Assembly: GCA_964617195.1 (NCBI GenBank)
Contig: CAZTVK010000017.1
Span: 38,192-102,191, forward strand
DNA from: an uncultured Methanosarcinales archaeon
GTDB lineage: Archaea > Nanobdellota > Nanobdellia > Woesearchaeales > ARS49
DNA: 64,000 nt
Direction: 5' to 3'
Notes under the pieces: generated by a model
What the model saw: the letters and a program-made list of their open reading frames with translations, nothing else
Told to the model about the DNA's origin: nothing
Databases searched by the model: none
Part shown: piece by piece, positions 16,916-25,176 of the stretch
Numbering within the stretch: the stretch's first letter is position 1
How the letters are laid out: the number at the start of each line of letters is the position of its first letter
Made by a program: the position numbers and the translations under genes

Positions 16916-17407
16916 CTAGCGCGTCGTCGTAAAATTGTCTCCATCTAAATGAAACGGACGCTTGTCATCATGGTCTAAATGGCTGAACAACACTTTGCCG
17001 ATGAACAAGATATGGTCGCCAACCTCTTTTTCCTCTATAACTTCGCACTCCAGCCAGCCTAACGCTTCCTTCAACCTGAAACTGTCAACAAGCTTGTCGC
17101 ATCCTGCCTCGTGCACGCCAAGCGCCTCACACTTCTCCAAGAATTCACCAGAATTGCGCATTGCAGATTTTACTACGTCAACCATTGAGTATGGAATAAA
17201 GTTAACAACAAAACAGCCGCTGTTACGGATAATAGAAACTGCCATCAAGTTTTTCTCAAGAAAAATTGAATATAAGGGAGGGTGAGAAGACGATGGGCTG
17301 TGCCAATTGCAAGGCACAATATCATCCTTCTCTTCAGTCTTGCCAGCAACTTCGTACTGACCACGGCAGGTAATAAGAACAGTTTGACGAGGATTGAAAA
17401 TCAGCAT
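16916..17407 (-). CDS. flavin reductase-like FMN-binding domain protein
   Basis: 163 aa. Layout typical of the flavin reductase-like domain family (VLITCRG..., NWHSPSS..PPLYSIFL, SGCFVVNF). Last gene of a 4-gene overlapping operon. Confidence 0.7.
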   Translation of the reverse strand: MLIFNPRQTVLITCRGQYEVAGKTEEKDDIVPCNWHSPSSSHPPLYSIFLEKNLMAVSIIRNSGCFVVNFIPYSMVDVVKSAMRNSGEFLEKCEALGVHEAGCDKLVDSFRLKEALGWLECEVIEEKEVGDHILFIGKVLFSHLDHDDKRPFHLDGDNFTTTR

Positions 17408-18042
17408 AATAACGCCTTCACCCGTTTATCATTCAAACTCTTGACGATCAAGTCGGCCTTTTTCAGTTTTGAAGCAGGAAAACTGTTCAAAACAGCAATG
17501 CACTTCATACCAGCACGCTTCGCAGCCTCAACACCATAAATACTGTCTTCAATAACAACACACTCACTCGGCTTCACTTTCAGCTTCCTCGCAAGCTTCA
17601 AATATATCTCAGGATGAGGCTTATGAAAACGAACGTCCTCACGCCCCAAAATAATATTGAAATACTTTTTTATTCCAAGCCTCTTCAGCACGATATCAAG
17701 CTCCTCATGACTTGAAGAAGTGCCAACTCCAACCCTGTATTTTTTCGAAACGCGTTTAACCAAAGCAATCGCGTCAGGAAAAGAAGGAATACGCAAATTC
17801 TTGAGATAATAAACAACAAGCTTACGCTTCTCCCAATACCACTTCTTCACATCGCACTTAACGCCTTTTTTCTTGCACAAATCACGAATGATATCCTCAT
17901 CAAGCTTGCCAAAAATATCACTGGTATCATTTTTAGTTAAGATAATCCCTTTTTTACTGAAAAATTCCTTAAACGCGCGAATATGATGAGGCTCAGAATC
18001 AGACAACACACCATCCATATCAAACAACACTGCCTTAATCAT
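17401..18042 (-). CDS. HAD-superfamily hydrolase (beta-phosphoglucomutase-like subfamily)
   Basis: Motif I AVLFDMDGVLSDSE, motif II VGVGTSS, motif III/IV K...VVIEDSIYGVEAAKRAGM. Confidence 0.85.
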   Translation of the reverse strand: MIKAVLFDMDGVLSDSEPHHIRAFKEFFSKKGIILTKNDTSDIFGKLDEDIIRDLCKKKGVKCDVKKWYWEKRKLVVYYLKNLRIPSFPDAIALVKRVSKKYRVGVGTSSSHEELDIVLKRLGIKKYFNIILGREDVRFHKPHPEIYLKLARKLKVKPSECVVIEDSIYGVEAAKRAGMKCIAVLNSFPASKLKKADLIVKSLNDKRVKALLC

Positions 18043-18812
18043 CTGCGTCTGCGACGGTCTTCAATATTATAACCAACAATCCCGACAACAAGCATGAATA
18101 TGAAAATAGCAGTAGTAATCGCGTAAATGCTCACGCCCAAGAAACGCAAAACAGGAATCAAGTAAGCAGTACTAATCGCAGCAGAAACCACCTCGATAAA
18201 AATAACGGCAGTCAAAGCATGAGACGCGATGTTGAGCATCTGCTTCCACTGCAATCTAAACTTGGACAATTCAGTGACGATGAAAAGCACAGTGCCGGCA
18301 ACAATAATCAGGAAGAAATACTTAAGCCAAGTCCTGATGTAAAGAAGCAAAGCAATACCGGGCAGCATCAACAACAAAATCGCGGCAAAGAAACGACTCA
18401 CACCAGTACGATTGCCAGAAACATCCTTCAATTGCTCATGCGGAATGCTCTTAATGCCCAAGAAACGGTATTTTATAGTATCTTTGTCAATAACAATGAT
18501 TTCCTTGGTCAAAGTCAGATTATTGTTCAAATCAACAACAACCCACGGATTATGCCTTGGAATTGTGATCTTATCAGACTGTTTAATATCGCTGGATACA
18601 GTGAATATCTCAAACTTTGAAAGCTCACTCTCAACCGTGCCCTTCAACATGAAAACTTTTGGAATAAACAAAATTCCTGCAAGAATGAAAGCAAACAACA
18701 ATACCTTGCTCATGTAACCAAGGCTCTTTCTGAACGGCTTGTCAGCAAGCTGACGGTATCTTGGCGGGAAAAAAGACCAGATAACCTCTTTTATGAAATC
18801 CGGAACCTGCAT
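18039..18812 (-). CDS. multi-pass membrane protein (hypothetical)
   Basis: 257 aa with about 5 hydrophobic helices and a C-terminal RRRRR. 4-nt overlap with the HAD gene. Confidence 0.6.
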   Translation of the reverse strand: MQVPDFIKEVIWSFFPPRYRQLADKPFRKSLGYMSKVLLFAFILAGILFIPKVFMLKGTVESELSKFEIFTVSSDIKQSDKITIPRHNPWVVVDLNNNLTLTKEIIVIDKDTIKYRFLGIKSIPHEQLKDVSGNRTGVSRFFAAILLLMLPGIALLLYIRTWLKYFFLIIVAGTVLFIVTELSKFRLQWKQMLNIASHALTAVIFIEVVSAAISTAYLIPVLRFLGVSIYAITTAIFIFMLVVGIVGYNIEDRRRRR

Positions 18813-18832
18813 ACCCAGTATGTCATTCAGGC

Positions 18833-19321
18833 TTATTTAAAGGTTTTGCGACAGAAGAATAGCACGTCGAACGTTTCCTCAATTCGCTTCCTAACTGGAA
18901 GAAGCTCATTAATGGCTTTCTCAATCTCTGTGAACTTCAAAGACTTCCTTAAAACAGAAATGACAATATCGCGCCTGGCAACCCTGAGAATCTCATTCAA
19001 AGCCAGCTTTGAGTCGTCAAAATTATGAATTGCAGTCAAAGAAAGAACAATGTCAAAAGAATTAGCGGAAAAAGGCAATTTCTCAGCAACGCCCTGCACG
19101 ACAGGAACATCCGCCTGCTTAAGCAGTTCAGAAGCAGGATCAATGCCTATCTTTTTGCAAGAGAATAATGACAGATATTTTGCAGTTCCGCAGCCAACAT
19201 CCAACAATAAGTCAGAAGGCATGACTTCTAAATTCCTCAACACCAGCAAAGCCTTATTCCTCTGCTCCTCACCATGCAATTCCTGATAGCCAGGAGCGAT
19301 CTCATCATAATAACCACCCAT
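18833..19321 (-). CDS. class I SAM-dependent methyltransferase
   Basis: Motif I LLDVGCGTAKY, plus a post-I acidic residue and the motif DIVLSLTAIHN. Confidence 0.8.
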   Translation of the reverse strand: MGGYYDEIAPGYQELHGEEQRNKALLVLRNLEVMPSDLLLDVGCGTAKYLSLFSCKKIGIDPASELLKQADVPVVQGVAEKLPFSANSFDIVLSLTAIHNFDDSKLALNEILRVARRDIVISVLRKSLKFTEIEKAINELLPVRKRIEETFDVLFFCRKTFK

Positions 19322-19343
19322 TCTCTCGTCTATACTAGTAAGA

Positions 19344-19351
19344 TTTAAAAA
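19344..19351 (+). promoter_or_regulatory. TATA box (TTTAAAAA)
   Basis: Centre 26.5 nt upstream of the ATG at 19374. Confidence 0.45.
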
Positions 19352-19373
19352 TTAATCTACGAAAAGGCATTAC

Positions 19374-19793
19374 ATGGCACTAAGACAACCAGAATCAACG
19401 GACGAATGCATCTATTTCACACGCAGAGCAGTAGGAACAGGATTTGTCATGTGCTGGGTTTTCAAAGAAAAATGCCCAAAATGCGGAAAAGCATTAATGG
19501 GCAAGCCAGTTGAGAAAGGCAAAGTCAAAATCCGAGCAAAAGAATACATCTGTCCAAGCTGCAATTACACAGTTGAAAAAGTGGAATACGAAGATACACT
19601 GACGGCAAGCATCGCTTACACGTGCTTGCATTGTTCTAATAAAGGCGAAACACAAATACCATTCAAAAGAAAATCTTTTGAGGGCGCCAAAGCGCTAGTA
19701 TTCCAATGCGACAAGTGCAAAGGAAAAATACCAATCACGAAAAAAATGAAAGAAACAGGCAAGAAAGACGAAAAAGTGCCAGATGAAGATTAG
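19374..19793 (+). CDS. zinc-ribbon protein with four CxxC pairs (hypothetical)
   Basis: CPKCGKAL, CPSCNY, CLHCSN, CDKCKG. Lys-rich tail. TATA at 19344-19351. Confidence 0.6.
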   Translation: MALRQPESTDECIYFTRRAVGTGFVMCWVFKEKCPKCGKALMGKPVEKGKVKIRAKEYICPSCNYTVEKVEYEDTLTASIAYTCLHCSNKGETQIPFKRKSFEGAKALVFQCDKCKGKIPITKKMKETGKKDEKVPDED

Positions 19794-22240
19794 TAATAAT
19801 CGTTCTTGATGTCAGTCATTGACTTATCATCTTCAAACTGCTCTGCCATAGGGTCTTTCGGTTTCTTGAAATAACCGTAAGACATTACGCCCAAAACAGT
19901 CAAAGCCAATAAGTTTGCCATCACAAGGATTCCAGTGAACAAGGCGCTGTCAAAGAATGACGTGCCATTCTGACTGTTGCTGTTTGAAGGAGGAACAAAA
20001 ACCATGTCGTCCACACGAGGCGGAGGAACAACAACAGGATCACTCACAGGGCTGGATTGGAAATTCTGATTACTCTGCGAAGGAGGAACAACAACAACGT
20101 CATCCTGGTCCTGGCATTTAACAATAACAACATCCGCAGTCTTGCTTTGGCTTTCGCCAGCATTCTCAAAGAAACTCTTAGCAGTAGCCCTGAAACTGCC
20201 AGAAGGCGAATTTGAAGATATAGGAACACTGAAAGTAACCCTTTCCTCTTCATCCTGATCAATTGAAAGATCCGAAATTTTCTTGACAAAACTCAAACCA
20301 GGAACTGACAATTCAACAGCTACCTGATCTTCATCACGCTGACCTTTGTTCTCAACGTAGACAGTAACGTCAACACGCGAAGTCTCACAAGGCTTTGCCT
20401 GCGAAGGGTTCACTGTAATTTTCGTAATAGGTAAATCGTGCTTCAAACGCTCAATATCAAGAATGAAATTAAACACATCACTGTGCTGAGCGCCATTCTC
20501 ATCCACGCCATTAGCAGTAATCTTAACGTCAACCTTGCCATCATCAGCATCTTCATCAACCTGAAGCTCCAAAGTAACCTCTCCAGTATCTCCAGCATCA
20601 ATGCTTGAAATATCGTCAGTTTCGCCATCAACATCACTGCCTTCAGGCTCTGCCTCAACTTCAACATCCTCAATCTGAGTATTATCTGTAAACGCGTTCT
20701 TGATCCTGATAGTCAACTGGCAAGTCTGGCCGGGCGAAACATTATCTATAGTCGAGCCTTCATTAACGCTCTCAAGAGTATCACAAGAAATTTTGACACG
20801 ATCAATTATCAAACGGTCTTTTGCTTCCATGTACAAAGTAGCTGAAGCAGTCGTGGTAGCAGGAGTGCCATTGTTGCCGCCATTCGTACTATTTGTGGTG
20901 TTAGTACTGTTAGTCGTGTTCGTAGTGTTAATACTTGGAGTATAATTTACAAAGGCAGCCAACAGCTTTGGACTGCCGTTGAGCAACGGATTATCGCCTT
21001 GGGGGGAGTTAATCGCGTACACGTGGAAAGTGTGATTCTTCGACACGTTCAACGCTGCAAGGTCTGCCGATGTAAACGAATATGAAAATCCATGATTTGC
21101 GTTAGGAGTCTTGTTAGAACTAACCAAATCCTGTCTAGGTAGGTTAGCATCCAAAGTCTTCCAGAAAGAACCGTCAACAAAGACGTCAACTGAAATAGAC
21201 GGAGCATCTGAATCGTAAGCCCAGCCAGAAAGACTGGTGTTTGACAAACTCTCAAATACTCCGACAGGCAAGCCGTTCTGAGGAGTAGTGTCAAAAGGCA
21301 AGTACACAACGTACATCGCGCCTGCATCTAAAGAAACATTATTGTATGAAACCGCTTCTGAAACACCATTACATTGATTTGGACCAGTGCTGACTTTACC
21401 CAAAACAACACCTGTTGAAGGAACGTTCTGAGAAACACCGCCGCACTTGTCTTCAGCGACAACAAGAATCAACTTGCCGTCAGCAGAAGGATTAGTGTAA
21501 AAGCCGACCCATCCAGAGTCTGCGCTAGGAAGCTCAATCTGTCCATCACAAACACCAGGACCTGAATGAATCTTTCCACCAAACAACCAATTGTTCGGAG
21601 GACTTTGTGCCTGGCCGTTGCAATCAACAGCAATAGTGCTTATCCAATAATCAGTAAGTTTATCTGAGTGCAAACGAACCCAACCGGCATCAGAACTGCC
21701 AACAAAAGGCTGCTTGATTTCTATTTCAGAAACCCAGTCACAACTGCCAGCGTGCCACTGACCTATAATAGGCGTGGTCGGAGCTTCAGTGTTAGTGCCA
21801 CAATCGCTTGTAGCGCTCATCCCAACAGGAATAACGACCTGCTGAGGAGTCTGGTTCTGAGGAGTAAGAGTATGAGAGGTGAAGGGATTGCTCGAATTCG
21901 AATTATTTGAGCTGACGCTACCGGCTGATACCGTTATGGTCCCGATGCTTTTTTTGCCAGAATCAAAATCTCTTGGAATAAAACCCTTCACCGTGACCAC
22001 AGCTGAAGAACCCGGAGCTATAGAGCTCGGAATGTTATCAAACCTAATACTGTATCTTGAGTCAGCAGTCGACGCAAACTGCAAGTTAGAAACGACAGTT
22101 GAACCGTCGTTCGTCACAGTTATCGATGTGCTGATGTTCGCGTTTCTTTCTCCGCTCAACGTAGGGGTTGAGATTTGCAGAGCAGAAACTGTACTTAAGC
22201 AAAATGCCAATATCGTGTAAATTATTAACAATTTCCTCAT
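19790..22240 (-). CDS. large acidic cell-surface protein (S-layer/CARDB-like candidate) with C-terminal TM anchor
   Basis: Signal peptide MRKLLIIYTILAFCLSTVSA. N- and C-terminal modules homologous to 13119..14507. NxT/S sequon run NTTNTTNSTNTTNSTN. TM helix ALFTGILVMANLLALTVLGVM. Confidence 0.85.
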   Translation of the reverse strand: MRKLLIIYTILAFCLSTVSALQISTPTLSGERNANISTSITVTNDGSTVVSNLQFASTADSRYSIRFDNIPSSIAPGSSAVVTVKGFIPRDFDSGKKSIGTITVSAGSVSSNNSNSSNPFTSHTLTPQNQTPQQVVIPVGMSATSDCGTNTEAPTTPIIGQWHAGSCDWVSEIEIKQPFVGSSDAGWVRLHSDKLTDYWISTIAVDCNGQAQSPPNNWLFGGKIHSGPGVCDGQIELPSADSGWVGFYTNPSADGKLILVVAEDKCGGVSQNVPSTGVVLGKVSTGPNQCNGVSEAVSYNNVSLDAGAMYVVYLPFDTTPQNGLPVGVFESLSNTSLSGWAYDSDAPSISVDVFVDGSFWKTLDANLPRQDLVSSNKTPNANHGFSYSFTSADLAALNVSKNHTFHVYAINSPQGDNPLLNGSPKLLAAFVNYTPSINTTNTTNSTNTTNSTNGGNNGTPATTTASATLYMEAKDRLIIDRVKISCDTLESVNEGSTIDNVSPGQTCQLTIRIKNAFTDNTQIEDVEVEAEPEGSDVDGETDDISSIDAGDTGEVTLELQVDEDADDGKVDVKITANGVDENGAQHSDVFNFILDIERLKHDLPITKITVNPSQAKPCETSRVDVTVYVENKGQRDEDQVAVELSVPGLSFVKKISDLSIDQDEEERVTFSVPISSNSPSGSFRATAKSFFENAGESQSKTADVVIVKCQDQDDVVVVPPSQSNQNFQSSPVSDPVVVPPPRVDDMVFVPPSNSNSQNGTSFFDSALFTGILVMANLLALTVLGVMSYGYFKKPKDPMAEQFEDDKSMTDIKNDYY

Positions 22241-22275
22241 TTTGTAGTCACCTGGAGGTAGTAGTTTCTTGGAAG

Positions 22276-22283
22276 TATATAAA
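22276..22283 (-). promoter_or_regulatory. TATA box (minus strand TTTATATA)
   Basis: About 40 nt upstream of the ATG at 22240, with SD AGGTGA between. Confidence 0.4.
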
Positions 22284-22383
22284 TCTTTCGTTTTGTAGTC
22301 ACTTGATAGTGGCGACTGTTATGTGAGTGGGAGTGATTATTTTCCATATTGCAGTAAAATTGATATAGGAGGTATGCTGCTTA

Positions 22384-22518
22384 ATGAGGATGGTTCACTT
22401 AGGAGACCCGGCAACCAAGCTCAGATGCCCAAAATGCAAATCAGTACATATTGACACAGCTGAAGAGAACGCAGTCTTAATCTGCCTAGAGTGCGGGTAT
22501 GAAGGACCCAACAAGTGA
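22384..22518 (+). CDS. possible 44-aa zinc-ribbon protein
   Basis: ORF below the track cutoff: MRMVHLGDPATKLRCPKCKSVHIDTAEENAVLICLECGYEGPNK, with two CxxC pairs 21 residues apart. Confidence 0.4.
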   Translation: MRMVHLGDPATKLRCPKCKSVHIDTAEENAVLICLECGYEGPNK

Positions 22519-22521
22519 AGC

Positions 22522-22529
22522 TTTATAAA
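22522..22529 (+). promoter_or_regulatory. TATA box (TTTATAAA), leaderless-type spacing
   Basis: Centre 26.5 nt upstream of the metG ATG at 22552. Confidence 0.5.
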
Positions 22530-22551
22530 ATCCCTTTTACCGCTTTCTCTC

Positions 22552-24525
22552 ATGCCAAAACAGACCTACTATATATCTACTGCAATCGACTACCCGAACG
22601 CAAAACCGCACATCGGGCATGCGTACGAGAAAATAGTAGCTGACTTTCTAGCAAGATGGCACGAGCTGAATGGCGAAGATGTCTATTTCTTAACCGGAAC
22701 AGATGAGCACGGGCAAAAAATAGAGAAAACAGCCAAAGAAGCAGGCAAAACGCCAAAACAATTTGTAGATGAGATGTCTGAGCACTTCAAAAAACTCTGC
22801 GAAAAACTAAACGCCAAAATAGACCAGTTCATAAGAACAACAGACAAAAAACACGTCAAAACAGCAACAGAAATCTTCACCAAAGTATTCGACAAAGGAC
22901 TAATCACAAAAGGAACTTACTCAGGACTCTACTGCACGGGATGCGAAGCATTCTACACAGAAAAAGACGTGCCAGACGGACTCTGCCCAGTGCACCAAAA
23001 AGCTGTTGAAAAACTCAGCGAAGAAAGCTACTTCTTCAAACTATCAGAATTCCAACAAAAAATAGTACAGCACATAGAACAACATCCAGACTTTATCCAA
23101 CCAGAATCACGACGCAACGAAATACTAAGCAGGCTCAAAGACCCATTACGCGACTTAAGCGTCAGCAGAACAACATTCAAATGGGGAATACAAGTACCAC
23201 AAGACAAAAACCACGTCATCTACGTCTGGTTTGACGCTTTACTGAACTATCTTTCAGGTGTAGCGTACCCAACAACAAAATACAAAAAATACTGGCCGGC
23301 AAAATGCCATTTAATCGGCAAAGACATAGCATGGTTCCACACAGTAATCTGGCCAGCAATATTATTTGCCGCAGAAATACCACTCCCAAAAACAATCTAC
23401 TGCCACGGCTGGCTCACAGTCAACGGGCAAAAAATGTCAAAAAGTTTGGGAAACGTCGTCGACCCCGTGCATATAGTGGACACGTATGGTACGGACCCAT
23501 TACGCTACGTACTCTTACGCGAAGTACCAGCAGGAGAAGACGGAGATTTCTCAGAACAAACACTCGTGCAAAGAAACAACTCTGATTTAGCAGACTCACT
23601 AGGCAATCTCTTACAGCGAGCCTCAGTCCTAGTCCACAAAAGCTTCCAAGGAAACATCCCAATCCTCGGCAGAATAACAGACAGAGAAAAAGAACTCGAA
23701 CAAGCAATACCGGATCTGGCAAAACTCAACGACCTTGTCAACAATTACAAATGGCACCACGTAGTAGAACAAATCTGGAATTATGTTGGAAAGTGCAACA
23801 AGTACGTAAACGACACAGAACCCTGGAAACAAACAAACGACGCGGAAAGACTCGCCACAATATTATACACTCTCGTTGAACACCTGCGCATCATTTCAAT
23901 CCTTGTCTGGCCAATCATTCCTTCCAGCGCAGAAAAAATAGCAGCACAAATCGGACAACCAATCGGCAAACTCAAAGACGCCAAATTCAAGAAAAACACA
24001 AAAGGAGTAATCTCACAACCGGAAATACTCTTCAAAAAAATGGAAATCGCCAAAGAAGACATATTCTCAATGCTCAATCTGCGCGTTGCGCACGTAAAAA
24101 AAGTAGACAATCATCCCAACGCCGACAAATTATACATCTTAACGCTAGACGTTGGAACAGATGAAGAAAGACAACTCGTAGCAGGAATGCGACCGTACTA
24201 TAAGCCGGAACAATTAATCGGAAAACATATTATTTTTGTCAGCAATCTACAGCCGGCAAACATCCGAGGAATACAAAGCAACGGAATGATGCTAGCAGCA
24301 GAAAAAGACGGAATAGTAAAAGTCCTGGAAGCGCCAGAAGCACACGCCGGAGACCAAGTAATCGTGGAAGGCATCACGCCAAAAAAAGAACAAATAACAA
24401 TAGAACAATTCCAACAGATAAAACTCACCACAAAAAACAAACAAGCAGTCTACAACGACAAACCACTCAAGACACACAAAGGACCAGTCATTGTAGACCA
24501 GCCCGACGGCGCAAAAATACGATGA
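22552..24525 (+). CDS. metG: methionyl-tRNA synthetase with C-terminal tRNA-binding (Trbp111/EMAP-like) domain
   Basis: HIGH-type motif KPHIGHAYE, KMSKS, zinc knuckle CTGCEAF...CPVH. C-terminal OB-fold segment VAHVKKVDNHPNADKLYILTLDVG. Confidence 0.95.
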   Translation: MPKQTYYISTAIDYPNAKPHIGHAYEKIVADFLARWHELNGEDVYFLTGTDEHGQKIEKTAKEAGKTPKQFVDEMSEHFKKLCEKLNAKIDQFIRTTDKKHVKTATEIFTKVFDKGLITKGTYSGLYCTGCEAFYTEKDVPDGLCPVHQKAVEKLSEESYFFKLSEFQQKIVQHIEQHPDFIQPESRRNEILSRLKDPLRDLSVSRTTFKWGIQVPQDKNHVIYVWFDALLNYLSGVAYPTTKYKKYWPAKCHLIGKDIAWFHTVIWPAILFAAEIPLPKTIYCHGWLTVNGQKMSKSLGNVVDPVHIVDTYGTDPLRYVLLREVPAGEDGDFSEQTLVQRNNSDLADSLGNLLQRASVLVHKSFQGNIPILGRITDREKELEQAIPDLAKLNDLVNNYKWHHVVEQIWNYVGKCNKYVNDTEPWKQTNDAERLATILYTLVEHLRIISILVWPIIPSSAEKIAAQIGQPIGKLKDAKFKKNTKGVISQPEILFKKMEIAKEDIFSMLNLRVAHVKKVDNHPNADKLYILTLDVGTDEERQLVAGMRPYYKPEQLIGKHIIFVSNLQPANIRGIQSNGMMLAAEKDGIVKVLEAPEAHAGDQVIVEGITPKKEQITIEQFQQIKLTTKNKQAVYNDKPLKTHKGPVIVDQPDGAKIR

Positions 24526-25067
24526 AAGAAAAGCTCGGAATCATCATCTTCCCAATCTTCTGCCTCCTATTCAGCCTGCTCATACTCAGAACAGATCCAG
24601 AATTCACATTCCTGCTTCTAAAAAACCCAGATGCTCTACATCCAACAAAACAACTGCTCAATTATTTCGACAACAACGCAGAAATGCCTGTTATTTTCAC
24701 AATGCAAGAGAAAGCGCACTTGATTGATGTTGGAAAACTACTTCATAGCACCTATTATGTATTGGCAGTCTTAGCAGCAGTACTGATATTATGCGCTCGA
24801 AATAATTGGAAGCCAATAATACAAAAAGGAACAATACTCTTGATGATAATTCTTGCACTGATGTTCTTCGTACCATTTGACAGCTTCTTCACCCAATTCC
24901 ACCAAATACTTTTCCCGCAAGGAAACTGGCAATTCCCACCCGACAGCACGCTCATACAGTTTTATCCAGCATCATTCTTCATGAATTATGGAATTGCCAT
25001 AGCAATTCACGCACTCATTACAGCAATTTTTCTCTGTTATCTTGAAATCGTCTCAAGAAGGGGATAA
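24522..25067 (+). CDS. integral membrane protein, DUF1461/TIGR01906-like
   Basis: Four hydrophobic helices. Motifs EKAHLIDVGKLL and FTQFHQILFPQGNWQFPPDSTLIQFYP resemble DUF1461. ATGA overlap with metG. Confidence 0.5.
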   Translation: MKEKLGIIIFPIFCLLFSLLILRTDPEFTFLLLKNPDALHPTKQLLNYFDNNAEMPVIFTMQEKAHLIDVGKLLHSTYYVLAVLAAVLILCARNNWKPIIQKGTILLMIILALMFFVPFDSFFTQFHQILFPQGNWQFPPDSTLIQFYPASFFMNYGIAIAIHALITAIFLCYLEIVSRRG

Positions 25068-25110
25068 AACAAACTCTCAACACAAGACTATATTTTTCAG
25101 CACGTAAAAC

Positions 25111-25118
25111 TTTAAATA
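25111..25118 (+). promoter_or_regulatory. TATA box (TTTAAATA)
   Basis: 59 nt upstream of the ATG at 25177, with a G-rich SD-like CCGGGGG between. Confidence 0.4.
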
Positions 25119-25176
25119 CGATTTGAGTATCCAAGAATAGTAACAAACTCAATCAACTAAAAACCGGGGGAATACA

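Noticed and set aside
15986-17038. Possibility that the 118-nt repeat pair is a DGR template/variable repeat
   Set aside because: The mismatches are not adenine-specific in either copy (transitions in both directions plus one A/T). All are synonymous. No reverse transcriptase gene is present in the window.
22241-22302. Direct repeat TTTGTAGTCAC (22241-22251 and 22292-22302) upstream of the 816-aa surface-protein gene
   Set aside because: It is only 11 nt and occurs twice. One copy overlaps the SD/leader and the other lies upstream of the TATA box. This is too short to distinguish from chance, and no further copies were seen.
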